Shown: positions 25,991-39,897 of the stretch, in pieces
How positions within the stretch are numbered: the stretch's first letter is position 1
Layout: every line of letters begins with the position of its first letter
Source of the DNA: Camelus dromedarius
Taxonomy: Eukaryota
Reading direction: 5' to 3'
Assembly: GCF_036321535.1 (NCBI RefSeq)
Contig: NC_087437.1
Location: 62,374,001-62,438,000, forward strand
DNA: 64,000 nt
The notes under the pieces: model-generated
What the model was told of the DNA's origin: nothing
Seen by the model: only the letters and a program-made list of their open reading frames with translations
Databases searched by the model: none
Position numbers and translations under genes: made by a program

Positions 25991-26113
25991 GTCCCACCAA
26001 CCCTTGCCAAGAGGATTCCTGTAAGGGTGGTTCTTCGTGTGTGAGTCTGAATGATACATTTTTCTGCCTGTGTCCAGAAGGGCAATACTATAACTCTTCC
26101 ACATGCAGTAAAG
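25991..26113 (+). CDS. MUC13: MUC13 exon 3: EGF-like 1 (GPTNPCQEDSCKGGSSCVSLNDTFFCLCPEGQYYNSSTCSK)
   Basis: ccattgcag| acceptor and AAG|gtgagt donor; six-Cys EGF pattern. Confidence 0.93.
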
Positions 26114-27302
26114 GTGAGTGACAAGGGATGAACCATGTAGACCTGCACCTCAGACCTAAATGGAATAGAAAACTTAAGATGATGGTGAAAAGAGCCTCCA
26201 GAATTCTAAAGGTAGAGGCAAATTTGGAGGCCACAAAGCCCCACCAAGTAGAGAAAAGGCACCTGTCTTTATCTCACTGGGACCTAGTGGGAGAGGAAAT
26301 GGACCGAGTCAGACCTGGGAGCTAGTCCTGAAGGTACAGGAGTGCATGTGTCCCTTCACCTCACAGTTCAAGGAACGGTGCCATGGGGTCAAAATGAGAA
26401 TGAGAGGTGCTGAAGTCCCTGACAAAGTACAAAGGCTGCATAAACACAGGGTGGTGCTGCTCCGTGGCTGCTCTGATACAGAATAAGGCCGTATGCCTAA
26501 AACCACTCAGCCAGACAAGCCGGGCTACTTCGGCTCTGACCTTGGTCCTGTTCTGTGTTGTCTATAGGATTTGCTTCTTCCAAACACCAAACCCTATTTT
26601 TGGAGACTTAAGAGCTTCTCAGCTCTGGAAACGGACTTTAGGAGCAAATCAGCACTACACTTTTTTGGTTAGACCAGCTGACTGCTATGAAAGTCCAAGG
26701 CTGTTTACTGATTTATAAATGTGGATCTGTTTTCTGAATGAGAAATACCCTTCCTTCCCAGAGCAGACCAACTCTATAGGACATGAATGAACTGTACTGG
26801 CCACAGGGATTAGAGATATACCAAAACGCAGAAGGATGTCCTATCTTAAGCACTAATAATCTCATTTCTGAGGGTGCACTCTAAGTAAATGACCTCCAAA
26901 ATAGAAAGCTCTGTATATGAAGACGTTCACTGCAAGCTTTTTTTCCCTTTTAAATAATTAAAAGCACTAAAAAAAATCAATGGAGGGAACATGTATTTCA
27001 TAGAATACTATATAGCATTTAGAATGATAGTTACAAAGCCTAAGTAATAATTTGGAAAAATGTTTATTATGTAATAATAAGTAAAGAAGACTCATGATAT
27101 ATATTGGAGCTATAATGATGTAAACCAGGCACAGAAAAAAAACAGAGCTGGGAGAAATAGGGGGTAATGTTTTTCGTCTTCCCATACTTCCAGTAGTATC
27201 TTCATAAGTTTAGAATTTTTTTACAATAATCTATGTTTTAAACAAAATGGAAATGGCCCTTTTTACATTAAGTATCACAGAAATATTCTGCTTGAATTTC
27301 AG

Positions 27303-27409
27303 GAAAGATATTCCCTGGTACAATTACATTCAAAACATCAAATATAGAGGACTTGAAAGATGAAAATTCTGTGGCCTATCAAAAATTACATTTTGAAATT
27401 ACTGAATTT
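27303..27409 (+). CDS. MUC13: MUC13 exon 4: SEA domain start (GKIFPGTITFKTSNIEDLKDENSVAYQKLHFEITEF)
   Basis: tttcag| acceptor and |gtaagt donor; 107 nt, phase 1 to 0. Confidence 0.92.
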
Positions 27410-30400
27410 GTAAGTATTTTCCAACTGTCTTTTCCATACAGATATTCTTTATTCTAACACTGACTATTCTCTCTCTAACTAGAGAATGACATTCAGGTGG
27501 TTCACATGGGTGTGGCTGTACCAGTGGTTCAAACAGAGAAATGCACCCTTATTGGCTGGTAAACAGTAACTGTCCCCAGCTCCTGGGTGTCACTGCTTCC
27601 TGGTTGCCCGGCTCCTCCTCTGGGGCCCTGGTCCCCGCACCCCTGCCCCTACACCTGGCAGCCATGCCATACTCATTCTTACAGAGGCTATTAAAATATT
27701 TTTAAATGGACAGATAAATGTAATGATGCTTTAAAATAAATTATTTTCATAGTCTTGAAGAGAAAAAAAATTAAAGATATTTTTCTTTTTACAATCAAAT
27801 TTGCACATTTTCCTGTGCTTGTCTGGCTTTTTTAACATCTGGAAGAGGAACTCCATCTGACTTAACATCCGTTATTTCATTTTCCCATGTTCAAAAATGT
27901 CAAAATGAACAATAGCTTCGTTTCATTTTGATTACTGTGAGTAAGAATGTCAACATGGAGAGATGGAGATCTTCATTCTGGACCAGCTGCTGTCAGATCT
28001 GGAAGGTCTTAGGGCCTCCGGCCAGTATTTCTCAAAGTTTGGTTTTGAAGAAGAAAATGTTAGCTTGTAAATACATCTTAGAATTCTAGTAAGATGTTAA
28101 AAATTAAAATCTTACTCTATGTCAGTGTCTTTCAATTTGAAATTATATCATTACAAAGAGTTTTACGCAGCGCTCGACTGTAAACGTGAAAAATTATTAT
28201 CCAAGTGATTTACAGATGGTACAGACAGAGTGAGTGCTTACAAGCAAACAGCCGGTGCCAGGCACTGTGAGCAATGCCCGGGTGCCCCGGGCTTGCCCTG
28301 CCCCTTTGCTGCACCACCTGTGCACCAGGGGCCAGCTGGCCGGACTTAGCCTCTCACCCTGGGTCTACATTCCAAATCCCCGCTTGCATGATACGTGCTA
28401 CATTGAGGACAGTAACACCAGTGTGTTCCTGCTTCCAGGGAACCCCTGATGGTCTTGTGTGGCTTTACCAATCTCTGGCCACTGTGGCCACTGCACTTCC
28501 CAACTTGCTCTGAGTACGAGTGTCCAAAACCCCCTCTGGCTACAGGCCTAGGCCCCGGGCTTCAGAGTCTAGTTCAGTGACTTGATCTCAGGCAGGTCTC
28601 GATGATCCTGGGGAAGCAGGAAGGGCTAGAGCACTCTTGTAATTTCTAAGAGGCTATCAATCTGAAAGGGAAGCACCAAAACTCCTTTGCAACAACTAGA
28701 GGTGGGGAAAGAGAGACATTTACTTTCTTCCAGGTCCACTTAGCAGACTCTATAGCCAGGGCAGTGCCAGCTCAGGCCCTGAGACGTCTCCCAGGGTCCT
28801 TTTTGTCCCCAGATAGATTCAAAGGGACAGTCTGCACAGGGTTTTGAAGTTTCCCTACTGCTGCTGTACCTGGCATTTTATGCATAATATTTCTAGTTCT
28901 CAAAATCGCCACATGGGGGAGACGGTGCTGTGGAACTGTTCTGCAGGTGAGGTGGGTAGTCAAGGATCAGGAAGGCTGAGTAACTGGCTGAAGGTCGCCC
29001 AGCTGATGAGTGAGGACGGAGTTGGGGGATGTGAACCCAGACCTGCCTGACCACAGAGCTGCTTCTCCTTCCCTGCTGGCTCTGCTGTGCAGTGGAAGCC
29101 GGCAGGCCTGTTTGGATAACTCCTGCCCTCCTGCCCAGCCTTGCAGCCCTTCTGCTGAAGAGGTGCATATCCCCAAATCCTCAAAGGGTGGCATGAAGAG
29201 GGAAAAATGGAAACCCTTTTCCAATGGCAGATGCTAATTTTGCAATCTCTTCTTTGAGATTAAGGAAAACGAAATTAAATGGGCAGTGGTCAGTAGGGGA
29301 GATGATGGAAACTTGGAGGTCATTCAGTGAACTTTTTTCAAGTAGATACCTGGGGCCCTGATGGTTTACAGAAATACCAGCCCTTCCTAATATTTAAAAG
29401 AATTGAAAAGGAATCTGACATATTCCAGATATAAGGCTGCCCAGAATAAGGAGAGCATCAAATTTATTTGGATTTGACTAGAATGAAAGAGAAATGTTCT
29501 AACATCTTTCTAAGTGACATTGGTTGCCAAGATCTTTTAAAATGTAGGGCCCCCGTGGGAGAAAAATAATAAAATTCTTGGATTCTAAAACAGTTGCACC
29601 AACCTAGTTCAACACTCATGTAATAAACATGGAGACTGGGGCCCAAAAAGGAGAAGACACGTCCAAGGTCATGACTTTCACATTTAATTCCCTCAGTCAT
29701 CAGTCAGCTGGTGTGGGTGTTTCCTGGGGGCTGCCTGGTGCTGGGCGCTGTGGGACGAGGATAGGGGTGAGCAGGCGGGAGGGGGGTTGTGTCATAAGAA
29801 AGAGAAAATGAATCTCATTTGTGTCATCAAAGAACTTATGTTCTAATTGGGACCCCCATCCCCTCACCCCTGCCAGAGTCCCAGCTTTACCTCTGGCCAC
29901 GTCTGTATAAATTTCTAGAGTTGTCTCTGCTCCTGGGACACAACTCGAGCCTAGCAAGATCTACCTGTGCTGGAGCCCCTTCCAGCGCACAAAGCCACGA
30001 TCCTTTACTCCCCCTCCTCGTCTACACCTGCGGCCTTGGGTGGTGGAAATTACTGCTATCTCACACTTCCCAGTCAGACAGCGAGGTTCAAAGAAAGCTG
30101 ACAGGGGGAGAAAGGTGGCACTTGAGCCCACTCCGCTCTGAGCCCCGCCACCTCTGAAGGCCGGCCCGGGCTGCCGCTCCCTCTGCGCTGCCGCTCGCTC
30201 CGCGCCCTGGCCCCGCACCACCCGCTGAAGTGCTGGAAGGCTGCTCTCCTTTGTGCCGCTCGCTCTGCTTCTCTGCAGCCTGGAGGGAGTTTCTCTGAAC
30301 GCCCAGGGTAGATCATACTCTCTGTGGTGCTCCCCTCACTCAAGTTCATGGTGTAGCCCCCATTGGCTCTCAGGCTGGTTCTGCCCACCTTGGTCATCTC

Positions 30401-30806
30401 CGTGTTCCTGGCCTGACGCCCTGGGAAGGCAGGCAATTATGTGTTCCTGGATAAATGATGAGTGTATGAAGTTTGCATACACGTAAGTGTAACAGACTTG
30501 CAGAACTTCACCGTGGCTTTGATAAGACAAAACTGAAGTTAGTCAGCTGATTTTTAAGAGAGTGATCATTGATTAGACTGAGTGCTTTAGGTTTCCTGCT
30601 TTTTCCTGGGTAGCTCTGAATTATATCAGAATCTTACTATTTCAAAGCAACACTTACTGAAAGGTGTTAGAGCGTATGTAAAGAATAAATAATTTGCTGT
30701 ATTATTTGTATAAATGAGTTTAGAAATGGACTTATGCTAAAACATAGATACAATATCACATTTCCCCCCTCTTTGTAGTTATTAAATCTGTACTTTTCCT
30801 CCACAG

Positions 30807-30862
30807 TTTAAAAAGGCATTTAACAATTCTGATTACGGACAGACTGTAATTGTTAAAATAAG
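30807..30862 (+). CDS. MUC13: MUC13 exon 5: SEA (FKKAFNNSDYGQTVIVKI)
   Basis: cttttcctccacag| acceptor and AG|gtaagt donor; 56 nt, phase 0 to 2; YGQTVI motif. Confidence 0.9.
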
Positions 30863-33800
30863 GTAAGTTTGCTGTGGACTGAAGGGGAACTTTGGAAGCA
30901 GGTGTGTGTATGCCTATCTTCCCATCTTCTCTGGCATTCCCCGTGAGGCACTGAGGCCCTAGGGTGGCGAGTCACATGTCAGGAAGAGCACTCACTGCAG
31001 AGGGCCCAGCCTCTGATGTCACACTGAGCCATGCCTGGGTGCGCAGGGTGTAGCCTGGGGACAGCAAGATGCTGCCTGTGATTGGCGACACAGCAGTGTG
31101 CACACGTGACATCACCAGTCATCAGTTTGTTTGGTTTGATCCCTTGGCTACAAACCATGTTCCTTCCAGGGGGCCAGGAGCAGAATGAGTGGCTCACGGC
31201 TGTCTCTTCCCTCATGGGGGGAATGAGCAGAGAGGAGTTCCCCAGGCACACACCTGGCCACTGAAGGGCCCGTCCTGAGCTCTTTCTTCAGGAAGAACAG
31301 GCATTCAGTGAGCATATGAATATTCAATGACCAGGGTTACGTGCTACTAAGGAACCCAAAGAGGCAGAGGAGCCTCAAAAAGTCAGTGATTCCATCTCGG
31401 CCTTCTCTGAAGCATGCTGACACACAAGTGCAGCAGGCCGGGGAAAGGCAGCTCTAAGGTGAACCGAGTCATGCAGAAAAAGCAGCCCTAATGTATTTGT
31501 ATTTTATGGTTTTACTACCTCATCTATCTTTATAAGCTTTGTCAAATCCATACTGGAAAAATGTACAATATATACATTCATATATATAAATTCAGAGAAG
31601 ACCTCCTAAAGCTGGTGCGTTTTGATCTTGGCGGTGAACAAGGGTCCCATGTGATTGGTGGCCAGGACAGCAGGCAGCCAATAGGAGGCCCAGGGCAAGT
31701 GGCAGGCAGGGAGCTGAGCCCCGATGTGGAGGCTCAAAGCTGGAGGTACAGCCACCAACTGTCAGGGCATTAGGTTTGGCTTAAGGGAAAACAAGGAGTT
31801 CGTGCATCGGGATGACTGGATAAAAACAGGATCAGTGCAGTGTGGTGGGGTCAGCTAAATCCACACTCGAATCCTGGCCTTGGCACCACTTGCTGTGTGA
31901 CTAGGCAGGTGATTTAACCTCTCTAAATTTTTATTACTTCATCTGTACAACTGGGATAATCCAATCAACTTTTGAAACCCCGGGAGGAGCAAATGAGATA
32001 CCCTTGGGAAGATTCCCTGTGCAAAGTGCCTGGAACAGAGTCAGTTTCAACACGTTAGTTCCCGTCTGTTGCCCGTCCAGAATAACAGGCCCTGCAAGTG
32101 TGAGGGAGAGCTGGCCCCACAAGGTCATCTGGGGGTTCCCTGATGCTCTGGCACTCCCGTCATTCCCAAGAAGTTACTGAAAGGGAGCCAGCGGTGTTTG
32201 GAGGCAACCCCTCACCTGTGAGCTCAGTGTCCTGGGGAGAAGTGACTCCCTTCAGCTCAGGGGCCCTGCCCAGCACGTGGACCTTGGTTTCACTTTCAAA
32301 GGCATTTCTTAGACTCCAGACCAGTGCCCTTGCCTCTGATTCCCCAAGATCTTTTTATTTCCTGCCTAAATGTTGGAATGAGAAGGATCCTCAGAGTTTC
32401 TCAAACACTCGAAGCTCTGTTTGGACAGAGGAGGACACTCAGGTTCAGGGAAGCTGGGACTGGTCTTGGGCCACAGAAGACGGTGTCCTGTCCATCCTGG
32501 GTCTCGATCCCTGGGTGCTTAACTGCAAGCCGCGCTGTAGTCCTGCATTCTGCACCTCTTGTCGCGTAAGTGCGCGGCTGCTCCAGTGTTTCCTGTAAAT
32601 GTTCTGTGAGTGGGACGTCTTGCCTCCTGACTTGGGGTGTGTGCTAGTAGGTTCTCTGAATCAATGAATAATGGACGGCATTTCTTCCCTAGCCCCACTG
32701 CAGAATTACACCGTGGATCTCTGGGCATCTTTCAACCGATAAAGAATTGCTTGTGTCAAGTACCCCTTTCTCACTGCCCTGTTCCTTCCACTCCCGCCTT
32801 CAAATCCTACTATGAGCAAATTACTGTAGGAAACTTTTAATTAGAATTGGAAGCCCATTTTTCCTTTTGGAATCCCTTTTTATGGGATGATTCCTAAAAA
32901 GCAGAATTTGGTTCATGTTCGGTTTTTCTTGATTGTTCTGCAGAACCCACATGGCGGTGAACATTTCCCAAGCAGGCTGGCTATGTTTTCAAGCTTCTGT
33001 GTTTATTCAGATGTCAAAAGAGAATACAGGAAAATAATTAGACAGGAAAAATAGATCCTGAGTCTTAAAAAAAAACACGGACACTAATCAGAGAGGGAAG
33101 CAGGTTTTAACAGTCGTTTCTCTCTCTCTCTCTCTCTCAGTGGTTGTGTGACTTGATTCCTTTTGGATAATGAAACAGAACTTGGCACAGCTGTTCTTAG
33201 GGCCCCAAATTGCAGCGCTGATTCGAGAGAGAGGCCCTTACGATGTCCTGGTCGTAGGAGGACTTAGTGTCTGGGGATGTGATGTGGGGCTGTATGCTGA
33301 TGCTTCCCCCAGCCCCACCCTCCTTGGGATCAGTTCTTCTCTGGGTCCTATGTGCCCAGGCCCAATCTGCATGCACTTTGAACTGCCTGCTGGCTTCCTG
33401 GGCCTTTTCTGGGAAAGACCCAGACTCTGTGTGGTGGATTACTGCTCTCTCTGTGCACAGGGAGGAACACACACCCATCTGTCTCTCTCAAAGCACAAGT
33501 CTGAGATTTTACAGGTTGTTAAGAAATGTACTCCTGATTTTCTGCAGAAAGTGACACTTTCCTATTTCAGATGCAACTTCTACTTCTGGTTCACTCCGGG
33601 CTCCTAGATGCTAAACAAGTTTGTCCACAATGTTTTTACGTACCTTCCAGCAGGACCTTATTGTAGCCATAGATTTCCTCTGAATGCACATCGAATAGAG
33701 ATCTCTGGGCTATGAACTGCCATCTTACTGCAACCCCAGGTCTCCCTATGTGGGCCTCAACTGTGGATTTAGAACAGTGGGTCGGGACTAGTGCTGGGAG

Positions 33801-33877
33801 ATTTGAGAGTCTGGGAGGTCTGAAGACCTATTTGTTGAAGCTTAAGTTCAATTCATCAAGTAATGATTTCATTTCAG

Positions 33878-34044
33878 TCTTAGGACATCTGCAGCAAGAT
33901 CTGAATTGCGTGCTGGTGACAAGGATGTTGACGTAGAAGTAGTAAACATCTTTAAGGAAACTACAGAACTAAATGAGACTACAGTATCTAATGCAATTAC
34001 AAAAGCAATTGAAGACAATGCAGATGTCTTTACAGGATATACTG
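33878..34044 (+). CDS. MUC13: MUC13 exon 6: SEA (SLRTSAARSELRAGDKDVDVEVVNIFKETTELNETTVSNAITKAIEDNADVFTGYT)
   Basis: atttcag| acceptor (an alternative in-frame AG gives start 33884) and G|gtaagt donor; phase 2 to 1; overlaps ORF 33906. Confidence 0.88.
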
Positions 34045-34454
34045 GTAAGTATCAAATAATTTTATTCCACATTTACCTGAAGACCTATCTAGGTTTTCAT
34101 AAACTTTGCTATTATTTGTGTGAAGGGGGCCAGAAGAACTGGGTAATTGAATCCACAGACATCTGTCCTTTGACGTCCACAGACGAGTTTCCTTTGCACC
34201 GTCCTTTCTTCCTCCCTCCCTTTCCTCTCTCACGTGGCTTCTGCTCCTTGCTAACCGTCTCCTAAGTCAAAAAATGGACTAGTTTGTCCCTCTGCTTGGA
34301 AGGTAGTCTTGGACAAATAGCCTCTGGACATGGAAAGATGAAGAAGGAGAAAAAAGAGGGCTCTCTACCAAGTTAGAGCTTTCCAAATGCTCACAGAAAG
34401 TTTTACTTATACTGGCTCTCCTCTAGGCAGACACACAAGCCCACAGCAGAGCTG

Positions 34455-34915
34455 TGACTGTTCATTTCTGCTGTGTTACAAACACCCCAAACTTAGTGGC
34501 CTAAAACAACCACCATTTATTTATTACCGCACCGTGATTCTCTGGGTCAGAATGTGGGCTGAGTTCAGCTGGGCACTTCTGCTGACCTAGGTGGAGCTTG
34601 GCTGCTCTCTGCTGGGCTATCTTAGGCATCTGCCGTTAGCTGCTGGGTGGGCCTCCTGGGGACCAGTTGATCTCAGATGATTCAGCGGGATGGTTAGTCT
34701 CTGCTCCACGTGGTCTCTCATCCCCCAGCAGGTTAGTCCCAAAGAGTTTCAAGAGCAGCAAGAGGGCAAGTTTCAATACACAGGTGTTTCTCACTTTCTG
34801 CTTATGTTAGATTTACAACTGTCCTCAGTTCACATGACCAAACACAGTGTGCCCGGTGCTGCTAGGGGCGTGGATACAGGAAGGCAGGAGTAAACTGGTA
34901 CTATGACTGCAACCA
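34455..34915. mobile_element. MLT1-type (MaLR) LTR
   Basis: acaaacaccccaaacttagtggcctaaaacaac...tctgggtcag...tcagctgggca hallmark motifs. Confidence 0.65.
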
Positions 34916-37608
34916 GCACAGCCGTCCTCAGGAGGTCCTCCCCTCAGAGGGAGCTGTTAGGGCCGGCTGGCCTGCGGGAAGTTCTTTATAACTGGTTCTC
35001 CCTGTGGCAACCAAATCCAAAGGCTTCTGCTGAGGAACAATTTCGCTGACTTCTCTGTAGCCTCTGACACTGCTCCCTCCCTGTCCTGAAGTCCTTTTCT
35101 CTCTGGGCCTCCCCCCACCTTCCCTTGACCCCTGCCCGCCTCCCTCATCTTCATTTTTGATCCTTCCAAGACTCCTCTTTTCGTCTCTTGAATGTTTGCT
35201 TTTTGATGTTTGGAACCTCCATGGCCTAGTTTGCAAAATTTATTTCTCTTTTTGAAAATATAAAGAAATCCTGGTCATTGATCTTTTTCCGGCACCTTCT
35301 CTCTCTCTCTCTCTCTTATCTTTTTTTCAAGATTCCACAAAGATTCTCACTGTTCTCTCAGGACCTGGAATATAAATGCTCTGGAATAAAATACTTAAAC
35401 TTTTGTCAGGAATGATGGGGGCTGCTCTGCTCTGTGTTCTTTCCGGGGACTTCAGTTCCCTTAGCCATGTCCATTCAACTCTTTTCCATCCAAGTATTAC
35501 TTCCTGGTGGAAGAGACACACACCCCTTCACTGATTTACCCATTTTTCATGTTTAACCCTTTGCTCTGTGTCATTGGACTCTTGCTGTTGTTTTGGGTTT
35601 TGCTTGTGGCAAACTTGAGCTCATTTGGGACTCTAGACTGTGTCACATGTTTAATATTCCATCTTTGGTTCCAGGACCTTCTTTTCATATTTTGTTTCTG
35701 TCTCTCATCTGAGAGCTTCTGTGCAAACCATGCCAGTTTCTTAAGTTACAGACACTCTCCCACTGTATTTTTTTTCTAAATCTATTGGGATCACTTGCAG
35801 CTGCACAGTTACAATCACATTTTCAGAACTTCTTACCTTCTCTTCTACTTTCATCTTCCAGAGTCTCGTGCCGTGGACCTACACCTTGTCCTTTCTGAAC
35901 ATGTCAACATTTACTCTAAGTCACACTCCTCTTTCTGGCTGTCACGTGATCCTTGTCTTCCGAGAGACCCATCACTTCTGCCTGCCGATAAATTTCTCCT
36001 TGGGGTCAGAATTTGGCTGAGGGTAGCAATTCATGCAGTCAGAACCTCTCCCCCGGAAGGTGAAATTATCAGCAGGGCAAGACAGAACCTTATCCTACGC
36101 TCTGCTTTGGGCTAGATGAGATCTCCAGCAAGTGCGAGGAAGTTGAGGGTTCCCATCAGCATGGGGACTGACCGCTCAGAGTGGATACTAGATGAAAATA
36201 ACCATTGTACCCTTCAGGACATAGTTGAGTACCCTTTGCCGTGCTCTCATTTGGTTCTACTTGGCTCTGAGCTCTGGCCAACTTCAAACCGTTCAGCCTC
36301 AGACTGAGAAATGCTCTTCTTTACCAGCTGCTCTCAGCATCTCCCCACTCTGAGACCAGGCACGTACTCTGAGATACATTAGCAAATACCACATGGTGCC
36401 AGCTCGAGGTGGCCACAGGAGCATGAACCGCCCAGCAAACGGACGTGAGAGTGCCAAACTTCTGGAGAAAAACAGCTTCTCCTGCTCTCTTGCTCCTGCT
36501 GCAAAGACAGATTCTTCTGTGTCAAAAGCTGTAGAATCTCTTTCTCTAAGCTTTTAATTGGAGGCATTTTCAAAGGGCAGGTGATGAAGGAAGGTCAGGT
36601 ATGGATTTGGGGTGTTTAGAAGAGAGTGAGCACGTATCTGCTCTACCTGCTCCTATCCCCTCCCCATCATCCATCCTCACATTCCCCTGTTTATCCCTAA
36701 TGCCTTCCGCTCTGCTTCTAGACTAACGTACTTACCAGATTGCTTCCTCCTGCCATGCTTCTGGTCAAAATCGACCAATGATTTTCAGGCTTATATGATA
36801 AACATCAATGTCCTTAGCCTTGTGTTCAAACCCTGCTCTACCTGTGAATGAACAAAACAACGATTATTTGCTGAGTGGACACTTGCATTTCCATGATCTC
36901 ATTCAATTCTCGCAACAATCACACGAAACAAGAATCATTAGCCTTAGTTCATAGATGGAGGGAACGTGGACCCACCACCAATGAAATAATTGAACAGGAA
37001 GCCCACAGCCAATCAATGGCAGAGCTGAGAAATCCTGACGTTCCCTCCTCACCTCTCTGCCTCTCTTCTGCCCACGTACAACTCCGTCACTCCCGGACAA
37101 CAATCCTTCACTTCTTTTCATGCCTCACTTACTGCACTTCGACAGATTTTGTCTCTCCTTTGACTGTTCATATCTTCCCCATCTTTCAGCACTTGGCCCA
37201 GTACCCACCTCCTCCACAATGTGACCTTTAGCTACCCGAGCCCCTGAGTTCCCACTGTTCCTAAGGCTGCTGCTGGATGTGACAGTCATGTAACTCTACA
37301 AAGATGGGGCCTGAAACTTACACAGCTACTGTGTCCCCTGTGGAATCCAGCAAAGAGCCAGGTGCAAAAGAGGTCTTGAAATTGAACATAACTGTACTGC
37401 ACTGGATTGAATTAATTTGAATTGAGTAATATAGGATATAGATATAGAAGAAATGATTGGGGACTTGAATTTTAGAGTCTCAGGTCTTTATTTGTTAAAT
37501 TCCAAACCTATTAAAAAGCAATTACCACAACAATTGAGTGAGTGCTTTACAAGTCACCTTATCCATACTGTCTTCCTAATTCATCTTTGAATTCTGTGTG
37601 CCTCTCAG

Positions 37609-37734
37609 AGCAAGACCGGTGTGACTACTATGGTTGTGAGAAGAAGAATGACCAGGACAACTGCTCCAGTGGTTTACTGTGTCAGTGCAAACAGGGGCTG
37701 GTGAGGCCCAACCCGCAGGTCCCCATGTGTGTCG
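37609..37734 (+). CDS. MUC13: MUC13 exon 7: Cys-rich/EGF-like (EQDRCDYYGCEKKNDQDNCSSGLLCQCKQGLVRPNPQVPMCV)
   Basis: cctctcag| acceptor and G|gtaagg donor; 126 nt. Confidence 0.93.
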
Positions 37735-38063
37735 GTAAGGGCTCCCTTGGTTCTAAATGTCCCTCTCCTCTCTCCTTATACATTTTCAAAATACAGACTG
37801 TCCTGCTCAAGTTCCCATGTGCATTTCAGAGTCTAAGGAGTGGGAATGTTGGCTGTAGACCTACGGACCTGGGTGGGGCCTTGGCTGAGAGCCGGTGAGG
37901 AGAGCCTTGTGCAGCTTCACAGGGGGCACATTACGTGCAGACCACTGAGCACTTCCTTTTACCTAGAAAGAGCAATGTGAAAAACACTGTATTCTGTGAC
38001 ATGTCACTTTGGATAGGAGGAGGTTGTGTCTGAAAATTACCCAGAAATCACTCTGTTTTGCAG

Positions 38064-38193
38064 CCTTCGGTCCAACCTGCGATGACACCTGCAACGCAGA
38101 GAACAAGCGGCAATGTTTAGTGAGGAGCAGCACGAGCGCGGACTGCGTGTGCCTGCCGGGCTACCGGGAGGACAGTCATGGGGCCTGTCAACC
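38064..38193 (+). CDS. MUC13: MUC13 exon 8: EGF-like (AFGPTCDDTCNAENKRQCLVRSSTSADCVCLPGYREDSHGACQ)
   Basis: ctgttttgcag| acceptor and CC|gtaaga donor; phase 1 to 2. Confidence 0.93.
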
Positions 38194-38324
38194 GTAAGAG
38201 AAGACACTGCTTTTTCATCTTGCCGTAGCTGAGGCTGAGCGAAAAGGATAGAGCTTGTAACAGATGTATGAGTTTAGGGTCAGGGTGTTGGCTCCTGCCA
38301 AAAGCTGGTAGGTACAGAGCATCA

Positions 38325-38584
38325 TGACCATGACTGTCATCATCACTATCGTCATCATAACCATCGTCGTTACCACCACCACCACCAACCACCCAACACC
38401 ACCTCTATCCCTGCCACCACTATCACCACCACCACCATCATCACCACCATTACACCACCATCATCACCACCATCACCACCATCACCACCATCACCATCAC
38501 AATCACCGCTACACTACCATCATCACCATCATCACCATCATCACCACTACCACCATCATCACCATCAGCAGCAGCAGCAGCAGC
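38325..38584. repeat. (CAC/CAT)n low-complexity trinucleotide tract ending in a short (CAG)n
   Basis: Directly visible in intron 8. Confidence 0.9.
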
Positions 38585-39047
38585 TTTTGAACATCCTCTG
38601 TGTGCTAGGAACCACACTAGGTAATTCTTCTCACACAACAGCACTGTGCCCATTTTCAGGTGAGGAACCCGAAGCTCAAAGAATATAAATAACGTGCCCC
38701 ACCTCACCGGGCAGCAAATATTCAGCAGGGCCAGGTAGGCCCACAGCCCGAGGGGGTCCTGCTATGCTCCGTGCCTCTCAGGCTCAGCCTCCCCTGAATT
38801 GCTGAATCCTCCTGGCGCTCACAGCATGAGCATTGATGGTAGCAAATGGAAGCACGTGGGATTGTGTGCCCCCCTCAACCTTCCCGGTTTAACTGGGAAG
38901 ACGGGGAGGGTAAGAAAGAAATGAAGAAAAGGAGATGGAACAGGGAGGATAAACAAAGAGATGCAAGGACCATACGGAGGTTGGGTGGGAGGTCTGGCCT
39001 GCTCCCACAAGGCTCTTTACCACGGTTTCCTGCTCCTTGTGTTTCAG

Positions 39048-39085
39048 GTGTGCATTTGGCTACAGCGGAGTCGGCTGTAAAGACA
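39048..39085 (+). CDS. MUC13: MUC13 exon 9: juxtamembrane mini-exon (CAFGYSGVGCKD)
   Basis: gtgtttcag| acceptor and A|gtgagt donor; 38 nt, phase 2 to 1. Confidence 0.92.
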
Positions 39086-39897
39086 GTGAGTAGAAAAGTC
39101 TTGCTCTGTTATTCAATAACTGAGATACAAACCTTGACCACATTCAGAATCTGTCCAGTGCCCCAAGTCTCGGGCCTGTTTCTCAAAGACACAGAAAACC
39201 TGCCTGTGTTTGTCTTCTGGGTCAGGCCATCCCATGCCCACCCTTAGTCTCGGGCAGGGCCCCTCTGCTGTGGGAAATCAGAGAAGTCAGTCCAGCACGT
39301 GGGCTGCTGCCTCTGGACTTGCCCCAGGCCAAGAAGGGAGTCCCAACCTTATGTTTCCTTCCTACAGTAGCTTAAATACAACTTGTCTGCTGCTAGAAAG
39401 GATCCAAGGCCAGTGTTTTCCAAAAATGTGTGCTCATGGGAGAGCAGAACTAGAAAACAGACGTTAAATATTCAAATCTTTTCTGCCTGAGAGTGATTTC
39501 TTAGTTTGCATGTGTTGTTGCAAATTCAGTTGCTTAGTTCTTTCCCACCAGTTGGGGTCAATACTAACTTTATATGTTAAATGATTTTATATTTGAAATT
39601 GTATGTAATGAATTAAAAGATCAGTGATGAATGAAATACCCCTGTCAGTCTCTCAGCCAGCCACAAAGTTAGTGATGAGAAATGCTTTCAATTCCTACTA
39701 TCTTTTGCTGTGAGGCTGGGTTTGCTAAATCATTTCTCCTTTCTGGGGTTTCTGTGTCCACACCTATAAAATGAGAGTTTCGGACCAGATCACCTTTGAG
39801 GGTTTTTTCCTAGACTTAATGGTTGATGGCCCCGTGAGTGAGGTTGGAGGTGATACGCAGGGCAGTCATGCAGAAGAAAAAATCCAAGTGGTTAGAG

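Noticed and set aside
38117..38707. Poly-His, poly-Thr/Ile and poly-Asp ORFs
   Set aside because: Translations of the intronic trinucleotide tract, with no splice context.
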